Both the position numbers and the translations under genes were made by a program. A stretch of DNA of 57,390 nt, counting the filler, from Stramenopiles sp. TOSAG23-2 (taxonomy: Eukaryota), in assembly GCA_900128395.1 (NCBI GenBank). It is 4 parts of 4 records of this genome, joined end to end, with 100 filler letters (N's around TTAATTAATTAA, not from the genome) between each part and the next. Parts side by side here need not be neighbours in the genome. Positions count along the whole stretch, not along the records: positions 43,166 to 57,390 come from LT649767.1; 3 more parts are not named here. One strand, given 5' to 3'. Positions 44,997 to 56,291 of the stretch are shown here, piece after piece; the first letter of the stretch is position 1, and every line of letters starts with the position of its first letter. The notes beneath the pieces are model-generated. The model saw only the letters and a list, made by a program, of their open reading frames with translations, was not told the origin of the DNA and searched no databases.

Positions 44997-45234
44997 AGGA
45001 TGTAGTAGAGTAACAAGTATGAATTACTATCAATCACTCGGGATCAAATACAGGATGTAGTAGAGTAACAAGTATGAATTACTATCAATCACTCGGGATC
45101 AAATACTTCTTTCATTCATTATGCACTTATTATTTTCCAAACAAGGTATTTGGGAGGATGTAGTAGAGTAACAAGTATGAATTACTATCAATCACTCGGG
45201 ATCAAATACCTCTTTCATTCATTTTCCAAACAAG
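44997..45234. repeat. Three identical 55-bp direct repeats
   Basis: AGGATGTAGTAGAGTAACAAGTATGAATTACTATCAATCACTCGGGATCAAATAC at 44997, 45052 and 45155. Copies 2 and 3 share a downstream TCTTTCATTCATT...TTTTCCAAACAAG tail. Confidence 0.93.
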
Positions 45235-45699
45235 TTAAAAGTATTTTTGCTCCTCTTCATATATTTTATTTTGCTTAGTTATAATCAGTAGGGGGATAGC
45301 ATTGAATAAGGTAAATAGCATGGGAATAGGAGGGAATATTAGTCTGCGTCGTCAGACTCTTTCCGGGAAGAAAGAGTAAGGGAATATATTTTACTTAAAA
45401 GTATTGTAATTTTTCGAAAGGATTAAGGATTTCGGGGTATATTTCGGACGTTGATTTTTTTTTATTTAATTGCGCAGCATCCAATAATTTCAACAAATTA
45501 AAGATATTTCAGCACATCATATAGTATATAAGTAATACAAATGTTGAAGTAAACAAGTATACCGGTTGTGTAAATGTTACTTGCCGCTACAAAAGACATC
45601 ATCATGGGAATACACGTTTGAACGTTTGCCATATGCTTAGATAATTGAAGACGTGTCGTGAAGCATCGAATAGTTATTTAGTCTAATATATATATGGAC

Positions 45700-45737
<38 letters not shown>

Positions 45738-45756
45738 TATATATATACGGTTGATA

Positions 45757-47322
45757 ATGGCATGTAATGAGGAGAGAAAATGCAATGAAGATATTAATAC
45801 AAACAACAATGCGGAAGTTGTTCAAGCAATTGGTGAAATTAATGTTGTCAATTATTCGTCATTCATTGATATATTACCAAGTGGTGGTGCTGGGCAGCAT
45901 ATTATCCATACGATACTTACGATGCTAGATATGAAATCAGTAAGTTCGATGATATATTCATCATTTATTAAATTATTTTGTAAAAATCGAAAGGATGATA
46001 CATTATATCAAATATGTAAGAATGTACAACGTCCATATAAAATGCAATGTATGGATAATTTGAAAAAGAAATATAAAAAAAAATATGGATCATATCGTTC
46101 ACCATTGATGTGTGCATGCGAATATGGGAGTTTGAAGGATGTGAAATTATTGCTTACAGGCCATGGTGTGAATGGTAGTAATGGTAATAATATGACATTG
46201 AAAGAATACGTGAATCAAGTCGGTAAACGTAGTAAATTTGGAGGAACACTTTTAACAGTAGCAACAGACCAAGCCATTGTTGATTACTTGTTTTCCATTT
46301 TGCTAGATGGAGTAACAATTAATGCAAACACATTGACTGGTATGTATAAAAAAGAATTTCCATACGGTACGCCATTAGTATGTGCATGTCAAAAAGGACG
46401 TTTAAAGGATGTGAAACTATTGATTACAGGCCATGATGTGAATGGTAGTAATGGTAATAATAAAATGACATTGAAAGAAATGGTGAATCAAGTCGGTAAA
46501 GAGAGTTCTGGTTATGATTATACACCTTTAGCAGCGGCCATAGTTGAAAATCACAAAGACATTAGAGAATATTTATTACAGAATGGTGCTGATGTATACA
46601 AAGGATATAAATACGCATTTCCACGCGGTACACCATTGGTATGTGCATGTGAATATGGACGTTTAGAGGATGTACAATTATTTATTACAGGCCATGATGT
46701 GGGAAAAAAAAAAAATGTGTTGAATCGATTCGGTAAAACTAGTGATGGCAGGGATCGTAAACCAATTGAAGTAGCAGCAACAAACGGCCACTTTGAGATA
46801 GTGCATTACCTCGTAAAACGTGGTGCTAATGCAGCAGGCACGCCATTAATATGTGCATGTCAATTAGGACGTTTTAATGATGTCAAATTATTGATTACAG
46901 GCCATGATGGGAATGGTAGTAATGGTAATAATATGACATTGAAAGAAATGGCGAATGAAAAAGGTGAAGGTTGTTATGGTAGAAATTGGACACCTTTAAT
47001 GATAGCTGCAGAGTTAGAACATTGGCACATAGCTCAATATTTAATTGAACACGGTGAAGCTGATCCTAATATTGCACTTAATGGATGGAATGCATTGCAT
47101 TTAGCAGCAGGTAAGAATAAAAAGAATACTGATTTGATTCAACTATTACTAAATCATATGACTGTTAATAGTATTAATCAGAACGGGGACTATGGCACTC
47201 CGTTGGAATGGTGCTATGGTAGTAATCATAGCCCAATTAAACAAGAGATCATTGAACTTATACGTTCAAAAGGTGGAAAACGTGGGTTTGACGAGGGAGA
47301 AGGATGGTGCATAATATCATAA
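45757..47322 (+). CDS. Ankyrin-repeat protein with four internally duplicated modules
   Basis: PL(M/V/I)CAC(E/Q)xGxxxDVxLxxTGH four times, plus TPLAAA, TPLMIAA and NALHLAA. First ATG at 45757. Confidence 0.88.
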   Translation: MACNEERKCNEDINTNNNAEVVQAIGEINVVNYSSFIDILPSGGAGQHIIHTILTMLDMKSVSSMIYSSFIKLFCKNRKDDTLYQICKNVQRPYKMQCMDNLKKKYKKKYGSYRSPLMCACEYGSLKDVKLLLTGHGVNGSNGNNMTLKEYVNQVGKRSKFGGTLLTVATDQAIVDYLFSILLDGVTINANTLTGMYKKEFPYGTPLVCACQKGRLKDVKLLITGHDVNGSNGNNKMTLKEMVNQVGKESSGYDYTPLAAAIVENHKDIREYLLQNGADVYKGYKYAFPRGTPLVCACEYGRLEDVQLFITGHDVGKKKNVLNRFGKTSDGRDRKPIEVAATNGHFEIVHYLVKRGANAAGTPLICACQLGRFNDVKLLITGHDGNGSNGNNMTLKEMANEKGEGCYGRNWTPLMIAAELEHWHIAQYLIEHGEADPNIALNGWNALHLAAGKNKKNTDLIQLLLNHMTVNSINQNGDYGTPLEWCYGSNHSPIKQEIIELIRSKGGKRGFDEGEGWCIIS

Positions 47323-47484
47323 TTCAATATATAAAGAATAATACATATATAATAAATTATAAATCTCCTTAATATTTCTTATGTTTCGTATACCCCAAAA
47401 CTAAAACACGGGGTTTTCTAATAAAAGTATACACATTTCTTAGAACCAAATTTACCACCAGAGTGGTATGCGTGTTGTTGATGT

Positions 47485-47566
47485 AGTATAAAAACAAGTA
47501 TACGATTTTTATATAGGAAAAACGAACCCTAACCCTATATAAAAATCGTATACTTGTTTTTATACT
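47485..47566. repeat. Perfect 33-bp-stem hairpin
   Basis: AGTATAAAAACAAGTATACGATTTTTATATAGG (47485-47517), 16-nt loop, exact reverse complement at 47534-47566. Confidence 0.93.
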
Positions 47567-48068
47567 TATTAAATGCATAACGTTATAAAAAATATAATAG
47601 CCCAAAAATGATGAAACTACCCACTCGAACAAGAATCCACATCTTCTAAAATAGGATAGGATGTAAATACCATTGAGGCACGGCCAACTAGATCCAAATA
47701 ATATCCAACTTTTGTGTGTAGGTGTGTGAAAGACACATATATCATATACTGTATACATATTTGCAACAAGCAAACGTACACATACATATCTCGTATACAA
47801 TAACCTGTCGAATAATTATCATTTGGTCGTTATTATATTTCATAGCTATAGTTATATATATTTTTTGATTGCATTCTATATTGATAAATCATTTTTTTAG
47901 TATTGATTATTTATTTTATTATTATATATATTTTGCAGAAATTTAATCCTACGAAAACATAAATTGCGCGGAAAAAAACAACAACGTATAACTAAAATAC
48001 TCAAACTAAAAGTACATCGGCACATAACAACATACATACATACACACACATACACACACATAAACAAC

Positions 48069-49367
48069 ATGGTATCCATATGGGATGGTGTTAGTGGTAT
48101 TGCAAGACGTCCAAAACATTCATCATCCATTCATAGTAATGATACAGTAGATGATCATTGTAATAATGATTTAGTTGACTCAATAGAAGGCGGTATGTCG
48201 AAAATATGTATTAATCCACAAGTATTAAAACCAAGTCGACATAAAAAACTATGGGGAAAATATTATTTCAGTAAATCACTATGTGTTAAAAAATTTACAT
48301 TATACAAAGACAATACTAATAAAGATTTTGTATTGTCCGCATGGATTGTAAATCGTAATGAAATTAGAATTTCGCAATATGAAAATGATTGTGGCAATAT
48401 ATATAATGAACATAAAGATAAATATACATTTGTATTAAAACGGGAGCACTTAGATGCTCCACTAAAACTATTTACAACACGTGAATGTGAAATGTGTGAT
48501 GGCATATTAGGTTTAGGATGTTGCACTACAAATGAGATGCATCAAAAAAAATGTATGAATGATACAAGTATAAATAATAATAGTAATAATAAATTAAACA
48601 CAAATAATGCAATTGGAGAACGACAAACATTATGTATTATAAATCATAGTGTTGTGCCAATATATTGCAATAGTACAAATAGTAGACGAAGTGGTGATTC
48701 CAGTACGGGTGATCATGATGCACGTGTTATGGATATACAATTACCAAATTTTCATGGTAACTACGATCGTAGAGATTGTTGGTGCAAACGTGGTAAAAAA
48801 ATGAAAGAAGTAAGAAAAGCAGAACAGGAAAAAATGAAACAAAATTATGCGTATTCCATACAGTATTACAACGAGTATGATAATAATATACTTACCAATA
48901 ATTCATTACCAAACAGTAGAAGAAATAGTAAATTATCAAGTACATCTGGTAGCGATGATGATTCATGTAGTACAGTTAGTGATGATACAGATAAAAATAA
49001 CAATAAAAATGAATTGCAACAACATAAAACATTTCAATGCAATGAGCTTCCACCAATTCAATTAGCTTGTAGAGTACCACGTTGGAATCAAAAAGTTGGT
49101 AGTTTAGTCATGGATTTTGAAGGAAATAGAGTTAAACTTGCATCTTCGAAAAACTTTTTAATGTACATACCAACTTCATCAACTGATAGAAGTTCAAATA
49201 GGGAAAAAATAAAAACAAAACCAGTGTTACAAGTTGGTAAATATAAAAGTAAACGTTATAATTTAGATATTAAAGAACCATTGTCCACAGTTCAAGCTTT
49301 TGCAATTGCATTAAGTGCATTTTTATGGAAAAAAGATAATGAAGTGTGTGAGAAAAAGAAAAGATAG
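48069..49367 (+). CDS. Tubby C-terminal domain protein
   Basis: PRWNQKVGSLVMDFEGNRVKLASSKNF...VLQVGK...YNLDIKEPLSTVQAFAIALSAF. First ATG at 48069. Confidence 0.88.
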   Translation: MVSIWDGVSGIARRPKHSSSIHSNDTVDDHCNNDLVDSIEGGMSKICINPQVLKPSRHKKLWGKYYFSKSLCVKKFTLYKDNTNKDFVLSAWIVNRNEIRISQYENDCGNIYNEHKDKYTFVLKREHLDAPLKLFTTRECEMCDGILGLGCCTTNEMHQKKCMNDTSINNNSNNKLNTNNAIGERQTLCIINHSVVPIYCNSTNSRRSGDSSTGDHDARVMDIQLPNFHGNYDRRDCWCKRGKKMKEVRKAEQEKMKQNYAYSIQYYNEYDNNILTNNSLPNSRRNSKLSSTSGSDDDSCSTVSDDTDKNNNKNELQQHKTFQCNELPPIQLACRVPRWNQKVGSLVMDFEGNRVKLASSKNFLMYIPTSSTDRSSNREKIKTKPVLQVGKYKSKRYNLDIKEPLSTVQAFAIALSAFLWKKDNEVCEKKKR

Positions 49368-49573
49368 TAGAGAGAAAAAACGTGTTCGGGAGTAATCCAA
49401 AATAAAATAATTCTCTTATTTATAAAAAATACAAAAAATACACTTCGTGGTGTAGAAAATACGAAAGCGTTCGTACGTATAAGCATAAAAAAATTATATA
49501 CATGTGTGTGCAACAAACATTTTAATCCCCACACCTTTTCCTCCTCCTCTCTCTCTCTCTCTCTCTCTCCCTC

Positions 49574-52111
49574 TTACAAAAATGATTCTTCTTCCTCCTC
49601 CTCATCATCATCATCATTCCAAGACATTACTTTCACTTTTTCTTTTTCTTCTTGTTTTTTCTTTCTCATTGCCTTTAATCTTTCCTCCATGCGTTTTCGT
49701 TGACGTACTTGCTCTTGCATTAAAGCGACAATACGCTTCACCCTACATTTACTCATAAATCCTCTTGCAACTCGTATTATATGTGTAGCAGCACGATGTT
49801 TGATTAACCTATTGCGTGCTCTTTCTAATGGTGGACATCGTATTTTTAACACACCGCCATTACTACCAGTTTTAGATAATGCTAATGATTTAGCAATCCA
49901 ACGCCTTAAATCGATATATCGTCGGCCTTTCGACAGCATCCCTGGATCTAAATAGCACATTTCTTTCAATTCTTCATTGTTTATAATTATTGGGACACAT
50001 TCACAATGTGTTTCCGGATCAAAAATTTCAATAATTAAATTATTATTGACTTGTTCGTATATCGCAACTACGAAATACATTTGTACACTATTTTTCATTT
50101 TAACTTTTTCATTTTGATGATCATCAACAGAATGATCTGGTAAGAAAATTTCCATTTTACGTATAAAAGTTTCAACACCAACTTTTGGAAACATGCTTGT
50201 GCATAATTTATCTTTTTGCACTTGCCACATTGCATGGGCATATAAACGTGTTTGTACACCACTAGATGGTTTGATTAAAAGCGTACCAGGTTTACCTTCC
50301 GCATCTACACGTGGACGACGTAATACTTTATGCCAAGGTGCAATACTCTTATCATTTATCAATAAACGTATTTTACGAAAATCACGTTTGAAATGGAACA
50401 ATCTCATGATAACTTGGACAACACCCCATTGCGCATCTGGGTCATATGTTAAACGCTCAATCGCACTGCGTTGAAATTTCAATGCGCGAACTCGTTGCCT
50501 ACCACAATGACCACGCCAAACTTTTTGAATAGCCATTGCTTTCCATTTTTTATAAGTTGCCAATCGCATTTTACCCCGTTCTCGTTGATACCATCCTCGA
50601 AATATTTTTTGTATAATTACACATGCATCCGTACGTTCTTTCCTATATTTACGTGCGAATACACGAGCATTAAATCCACGTGCTACACGCACAAGGACAC
50701 TGCCATGCTTTTGATGCAATTCATATTCAATAGCTTTAACTTCTTTGTACAACTCGTATTCTCTCCATGCCGTCATCATTCTAAAGACACGTTGTATTTT
50801 AGTTGCAGACCATTGTTCTTTTGCCCCTCCAGGCAATAAAACAAAACATCGATCACTATATCCTCTCCATAATTTCTGTATACGTAATGCAGCATGTTCT
50901 GCTTCATATGTATACCTGAAATCAACCACTACGTTTTTATTATTTTCAGTTTTATTGCCAAAACGATCGATTGGTTTAAATGAATGAATACGTACACGTT
51001 TAATTTTAGCTTTAAGAGCTTCAATATCTTTTTGATGTTGTTCTTCTTCCGGTGATAATGTAGGTATTGTTGTTGTTGTTGTTATATTGTCTAGATTTTT
51101 TTTTTCTTCCTCTTTTTTATTTTCTATTGTCGAATTTGTCTCTTCCTTTCTTCCATCATCATCATCATCATTTTTCTTTTCTTTTCTTGCTTTCTCTTCA
51201 TCAATTGGTTTTAATGTTACTAATGGTTTACCATCTTTCCCAAAAACTTGTAAACCTTTCGTTTTCTTGTTCTTTTTTGATGCATACGTTTTTTTCTTTC
51301 GATCTTTACCAGATGGTTTCCAATCACCTCTACTTAATGGTAAACGATGAATTTTTGATTGAAATGCTGGTGTAGACAATGCTTCTAACATTCCAGTTGG
51401 TTTTTTAAATGATGGTGGTAATTTTCCCGAATCATTTGGTGGTCTAGGTGGTGGCAAATGATCCATCCAATCTGCATTTTCAGACGTATCAAAAATTGTA
51501 TTTTCATCTTCATCATTATCCTCCTCCGCCATTTTACTATTCATATCTCGATTTAATTTTAATAAATCTTTAAACATAATTTCACGTGTTAATGAACTTT
51601 CGATTCTATTAATTCGATTTAATATTTTATCCCCACGTGTTGATGGTGAATCTTCCACTTCTTCTTCCTCTTCAAATTCACCCCTTGCTGCTAAATGATA
51701 TTTAATAGTATCTAAATTCATCATATATTCTTTATAATGTGGAGACATACGCTCTTCATCACTATCTATACTTATAATACTTGGTGCCTCTGATGATGAC
51801 ATATTACTATTAGTATCTTCCCCACCGTTGTTGTTGTTATTATTATTATTATATTGTCGACGTTGCATTTTCATAGCTTTTCGTTTTGCACGTGCTTTTT
51901 CCAAACCTTGTCTACCACCACCATATTTTTCTAATGCTTCTGCTAAACGTTTATTATAAAAACTAGCTTCTGTTAACAATTTTCTATTCTTTTTTAACTC
52001 TTGCGCTTGCGACGAAATTAAACGTACAGGTTCAGTTCCTTCAATAGGTTTCCTACTATTATTTTTTTGTGTTTCAGATAATCTACTCCATAGTTCTTCC
52101 GTAGAAGCCAT
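49574..52111 (-). CDS. Multi-IQ-motif (calmodulin-binding) protein
   Basis: IQKLWRGY, IQRVFRMM, IQKIFRGW, IQKVWRGH and degenerate VARGF copies. Confidence 0.85.
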   Translation of the reverse strand: MASTEELWSRLSETQKNNSRKPIEGTEPVRLISSQAQELKKNRKLLTEASFYNKRLAEALEKYGGGRQGLEKARAKRKAMKMQRRQYNNNNNNNNGGEDTNSNMSSSEAPSIISIDSDEERMSPHYKEYMMNLDTIKYHLAARGEFEEEEEVEDSPSTRGDKILNRINRIESSLTREIMFKDLLKLNRDMNSKMAEEDNDEDENTIFDTSENADWMDHLPPPRPPNDSGKLPPSFKKPTGMLEALSTPAFQSKIHRLPLSRGDWKPSGKDRKKKTYASKKNKKTKGLQVFGKDGKPLVTLKPIDEEKARKEKKNDDDDDGRKEETNSTIENKKEEEKKNLDNITTTTTIPTLSPEEEQHQKDIEALKAKIKRVRIHSFKPIDRFGNKTENNKNVVVDFRYTYEAEHAALRIQKLWRGYSDRCFVLLPGGAKEQWSATKIQRVFRMMTAWREYELYKEVKAIEYELHQKHGSVLVRVARGFNARVFARKYRKERTDACVIIQKIFRGWYQRERGKMRLATYKKWKAMAIQKVWRGHCGRQRVRALKFQRSAIERLTYDPDAQWGVVQVIMRLFHFKRDFRKIRLLINDKSIAPWHKVLRRPRVDAEGKPGTLLIKPSSGVQTRLYAHAMWQVQKDKLCTSMFPKVGVETFIRKMEIFLPDHSVDDHQNEKVKMKNSVQMYFVVAIYEQVNNNLIIEIFDPETHCECVPIIINNEELKEMCYLDPGMLSKGRRYIDLRRWIAKSLALSKTGSNGGVLKIRCPPLERARNRLIKHRAATHIIRVARGFMSKCRVKRIVALMQEQVRQRKRMEERLKAMRKKKQEEKEKVKVMSWNDDDDEEEEEESFL

Positions 52112-52162
52112 CTTTTCTTATTATTGTGTATATATATATATATATATATATATGTTACACAA

Positions 52163-52393
52163 CTAACTTACACCTGGTGTTTCTGCGTTCTTCCGTTCTT
52201 TTTTGATTTTCTCAACTTCTTTCTTTAATAATATTGTATAATCTAAATTTATAATATGCCCACCGTGAAAATGTTGAAAGGTATATACATACACAATCCA
52301 GGCAACTATTAAACCGTATCCTACAAACTGTAATAATGTAATCAAATATTCTACGTTCTCTACGTATGCATATTGCTCATCCGCCGCTGACAT
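52163..52393 (-). CDS. Small TM ORF, possibly exon 1 of the IQ gene
   Basis: ATG start and one TM segment. Ends in GGT|GTAAGT, 51 bp upstream of the IQ-gene ATG. Confidence 0.55.
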   Translation of the reverse strand: MSAADEQYAYVENVEYLITLLQFVGYGLIVAWIVYVYTFQHFHGGHIINLDYTILLKKEVEKIKKERKNAETPGVS

Positions 52394-52696
52394 TAACTTT
52401 AACTACGTATCTCTTCTATGTATATATATATATATATATATAATTTTCGCTTTTATTCAAATGTATTATCTTTTTTTTGTATTGTATTGCATATTGTCAC
52501 CAATACAATGTTTTCTTTTTATCCACCCATCTATTATTCTTATTAGTTTTAGTATAAATAATAAAATTAATTCTATGTTGTTTTTTTTAACGTATTATTA
52601 TTTTTTCCGTCCAATTATTTCCATCGATCTCATCTCTGGGATCTCACCATCACCACAGCAGGCGGCTAATCGGAACCAGCTAAGTTTTTGCGAAAA

Positions 52697-53072
52697 ATGA
52701 TGGAAATTAATATACTGTATCAATACTATTTATTCGGATTTATATACTGACATGTATTTTGGAATTATAAGTATAATATTGAGTGTAAATAACTGTATGC
52801 CGGTGCTATAGTAATTTATATGTTATTTATATCCTATTTGTTGGCATCGATCCCCCCCAAATAATGATATTTATATGTTATTTATTAATGAAATTAAAGC
52901 GGTCATTTCTATTTTTGTCCCGAACTCGTGGGATTTGAACCATCCTTTTGGGATTTAATCATTTTTAATAATAGACTACTACTTTTATCTTTTTTTGCAT
53001 GATGGAAATTACTATATACTGTATCAATACTATTTATTCTGATTTATATACTGACATGTATTTTGGAATTAT
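52697..53072. repeat. Pair of ~73-bp direct repeats about 230 bp apart
   Basis: ATGATGGAAATTA...TATACTGTATCAATACTATTTATTC(G/T)GATTTATATACTGACATGTATTTTGGAATTAT at 52697-52768 and 52999-53072. Confidence 0.9.
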
Positions 53073-53281
53073 TATATTTATTATTTTATTTTATAATAGA
53101 ATTGATTAACATCCATAGCTACGTTTGTGTGATAGTAAATTAAAAAAAAGAAATCATATTTGCAAAGGAAAGAAACCAAAAAACCAAAGATATAATATTA
53201 TTAAATTATAGTGACGTATATATAACTATAACTATTTATATTTTTTTTCTTAAATATATTATATAAATTATATAAGAAAAT

Positions 53282-54832
53282 ATGAGTTATTTAATGAATC
53301 TTCTTATTGTATTAATTATATTTTTATTGCAACTTTTTAATATTCTTGCAGCAAATAATAATGATGGTGGTGGTGGTGGTGGTGATGTTGTTAAAGCATT
53401 GACATTTAGTGATTTCATGCCTACATTGGAAAATAATAATAATGTATTGGTTGAATTTTATGCACCTTGGTGTGGACATTGCAAAGCACTAGAACCAGAA
53501 TTTAAAGCAGCAGCAGAACAATTACAAAAAGAATCTGTTGATTGCTTATTAGCAAAAGTTGATGCAACTGCGGAGGATATGCTTGCAGGATTTTTCTCTG
53601 TAAAAGCCTTTCCAACAATTAAATTTTTTCAAAATTCAGTGACACCAGTAGATTATACAGGTGGAAGAACGACAAAGGAAATATATCAATGGGTTAAAGC
53701 AGCAGTAGCAGCTGGTGCACAAGGTCGTTCCGTAAACGATGTAATAAAAGAAGCTGCTAATAAAGCAAGAAAAGTTCAAGAATTTGAAGGAGTGATGAAT
53801 ACATTACCAAAACTTAATAATAATAATAACGCTGGTAATAATGATAATAAAAAAGATAATATGAAGAAAAAAGATGATGTAGTAGATATGAAAACGGGCA
53901 TAGAGGAGGAAGAAGAAAATAATGATGACGTAAATAATGATTTACCACCTGTTTTATCATTCCCATCAAACACATTAATACGTCTATTAAATCGTGAAAT
54001 ATCAATTAAAGGCGATACAAGAATTGTATTTTTAATTTGGAAAGCAGAGAGTGAAAATTCCATTGAACTTGGTAAACGATTTGATGAAATAGCTACGAAA
54101 CATCGAAAGAAATCATTGTTTATTGGAATCGATTCAGAAGATTCAAAAGCATTAAAGTATTTCAAAATACCACGAACAGAATTACCAGCAGCAAGGGCTA
54201 TTGATTACAGAGGTCAACAGCAACGTTTTAAATTGAATGTACCAACGCTAGAAGATGATGTTGATCGCTTCATTAGTAATAATGATAATAATGAAGAAAA
54301 TAAATTGATCCCATATTTTACTGCACCAATTGCAGAAAAATGGTCAATGCTAAAAAGTGAAACGGAAAATGAAACTAAATCTTCTTGGTTTAAAAATAAT
54401 TTAAATGACGATGGGAACACGGAATTAATAACTACTGTTAATGGTGATACTTTTAAAGCAAATGTCATTGATGAACAAGTAGATGTAATTATGATGGTTT
54501 ATGCTGATTGGTGTAGTCATTGTAAATCATTAAAACCGAAATTTGTTAAATTGGCAAATGATTTAAAAAGCATATCAACAATACGTGTAATGGCAATGAA
54601 TGGTGATAAAAATGAAGTTCATGGATTGGATGTAAAAGCATTTCCAGAGATTTATTTATTTCCTGCATTAAATAAAGATCGTGCAGTTCCATATGATGGA
54701 CCACGTAATGTGAGAGATATACATAAATTTTTGCAAGAAAAAGTAAGCTATATGTTTACGTTGAAGAAGAATGATGGTGATGATAATGAGAGAGCAAAAG
54801 ATGTAGGTGGTGGTGGACATGATGAATTATGA
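53282..54832 (+). CDS. PDI: Protein disulfide isomerase
   Basis: Signal peptide, thioredoxin sites WCGHC and WCSHC, C-terminal HDEL. Confidence 0.94.
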   Translation: MSYLMNLLIVLIIFLLQLFNILAANNNDGGGGGGDVVKALTFSDFMPTLENNNNVLVEFYAPWCGHCKALEPEFKAAAEQLQKESVDCLLAKVDATAEDMLAGFFSVKAFPTIKFFQNSVTPVDYTGGRTTKEIYQWVKAAVAAGAQGRSVNDVIKEAANKARKVQEFEGVMNTLPKLNNNNNAGNNDNKKDNMKKKDDVVDMKTGIEEEEENNDDVNNDLPPVLSFPSNTLIRLLNREISIKGDTRIVFLIWKAESENSIELGKRFDEIATKHRKKSLFIGIDSEDSKALKYFKIPRTELPAARAIDYRGQQQRFKLNVPTLEDDVDRFISNNDNNEENKLIPYFTAPIAEKWSMLKSETENETKSSWFKNNLNDDGNTELITTVNGDTFKANVIDEQVDVIMMVYADWCSHCKSLKPKFVKLANDLKSISTIRVMAMNGDKNEVHGLDVKAFPEIYLFPALNKDRAVPYDGPRNVRDIHKFLQEKVSYMFTLKKNDGDDNERAKDVGGGGHDEL

Positions 54833-55165
54833 GAGGTAAATTAATAAGGAAAATAAAAATGAAAAATGAAAAAAGGACTGAAAACTTCTTGCAAAGAGTG
54901 TGTGTGATTAAAAAAATTCAATATATTCTTTATGTAATATATATAACGAAGCGCTTTTTTATGGTGTTATGACACCATACATAATTACGTATGAAGATTC
55001 GTACAAATTAAAAAAAATAAAAAAAAAATTTAGAAATTTCTATTAAATGATGGTGTGAATATATCTTCTGTTAATGACTTCGTATTTATATATTATCATA
55101 TTCTATTTTTATAGCTTTTTGGCCATCCCATAAATAACAGGATGTACAAAATACAAAAAATACAT

Positions 55166-56291
55166 AAAAATGTACGACGTAAATTAAATAAAGAAGAGAG
55201 TACGCACATAAATTACCTAACAACTTAATTTTCACACTCTTCTCTTCTTTCTCCAAAGGCATCTAAATGAAATTTACCAAGAAGAACATCATAAAACCAA
55301 TTCAATATCACTTGCGCACCTTTTTGTGCTTGTAATTCTACTCTCTCCACTCTTCTTCTTCAATGCATTTTCTAATGGATTCGGTGCCCATGTACGATTT
55401 ATACTATTATTACCCTCCTCTGTTGTACTTTCATTATTGGTACCTTTCTTCCGTTCCATATACAAAAAAATGTACGACGTAAATTAAATAAAGAAGAGAG
55501 TACGCACATAAATTACCTAACAACTTAATTTTCACACTCTTCTCTTCTTTCTCCAAAGGCATCTAAATGAAACTCGCCAAGACCATCAACAACCAATTCA
55601 ATATCACTTGCACGTCTTTTTGTACTTGTTTTTCTATTTTCTCCACTCTTCTTTTTCAATGCATTTTCCAATGGATTTGGTGCCCATGTACGATTTATAC
55701 TAGTACTATTATTACCCTCCTCTGTTGTACTTTCATTATTGGTACCTTTCTTCCGTTCCATATACATATACCAAGCGGAAAAAAATATACTACCAACAAA
55801 TGGGCAAAGTACTAAGATTAAAAGAAATGGATCCATTGGATGATCATAAGTACCATCAGTATTTTTATGTAAACTTGCTGCTCTAGAAGATACAATGGCA
55901 GAAATAATCACAAGTAAACTTAAACAAATATCTTCTGCATTATTCAAATATACATGTGGAAATGGTTTTAATCGTGTATGTACAGTCCGTACCAATAAAA
56001 ATTACCCTCCTCTGTTGTACTTTCATTATTGGTACCTTTCTTCCGTTCCATATACATATACCAAGCGGAAAAAAATATACTACCAACAAATGGGCAAAGT
56101 ACTAAAATTAAAAGAAATGGATCCATTGGATGATCATAAGTACCATCTGTATTTTTATGTAAACTTGATGCTCTAGAAGATGCAATTGCAGAAATAAAAA
56201 CGAGTAAATTTAAACAAATGTCTTCTGCATTATTTAAATATACATGTGGAAATGGTTTTAATCGTGTATGTACAGTCCGTACCAATAAAAA
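55166..56291 (-). repeat. Nested tandem duplications of a membrane-protein gene 3' end
   Basis: 55166-55463 versus 55466-55763 (period 300) and 55711-56001 versus 56001-56291 (period 290). The distal copy is frameshifted. Confidence 0.9.

Noticed and set aside
44997-45234. CRISPR-like repeat-spacer
   Set aside because: Two copies abut with no spacer and the flanking sequence is duplicated too.
47526-47537. Telomeric (CCCTAA)n
   Set aside because: Only two units, internal, and part of a hairpin loop and arm.
52999-53058. C/D-box snoRNA (ATGATGG...CTGA)
   Set aside because: The C box is imperfect, the unit is short, and I could not identify an rRNA-complementary guide or terminal stem.
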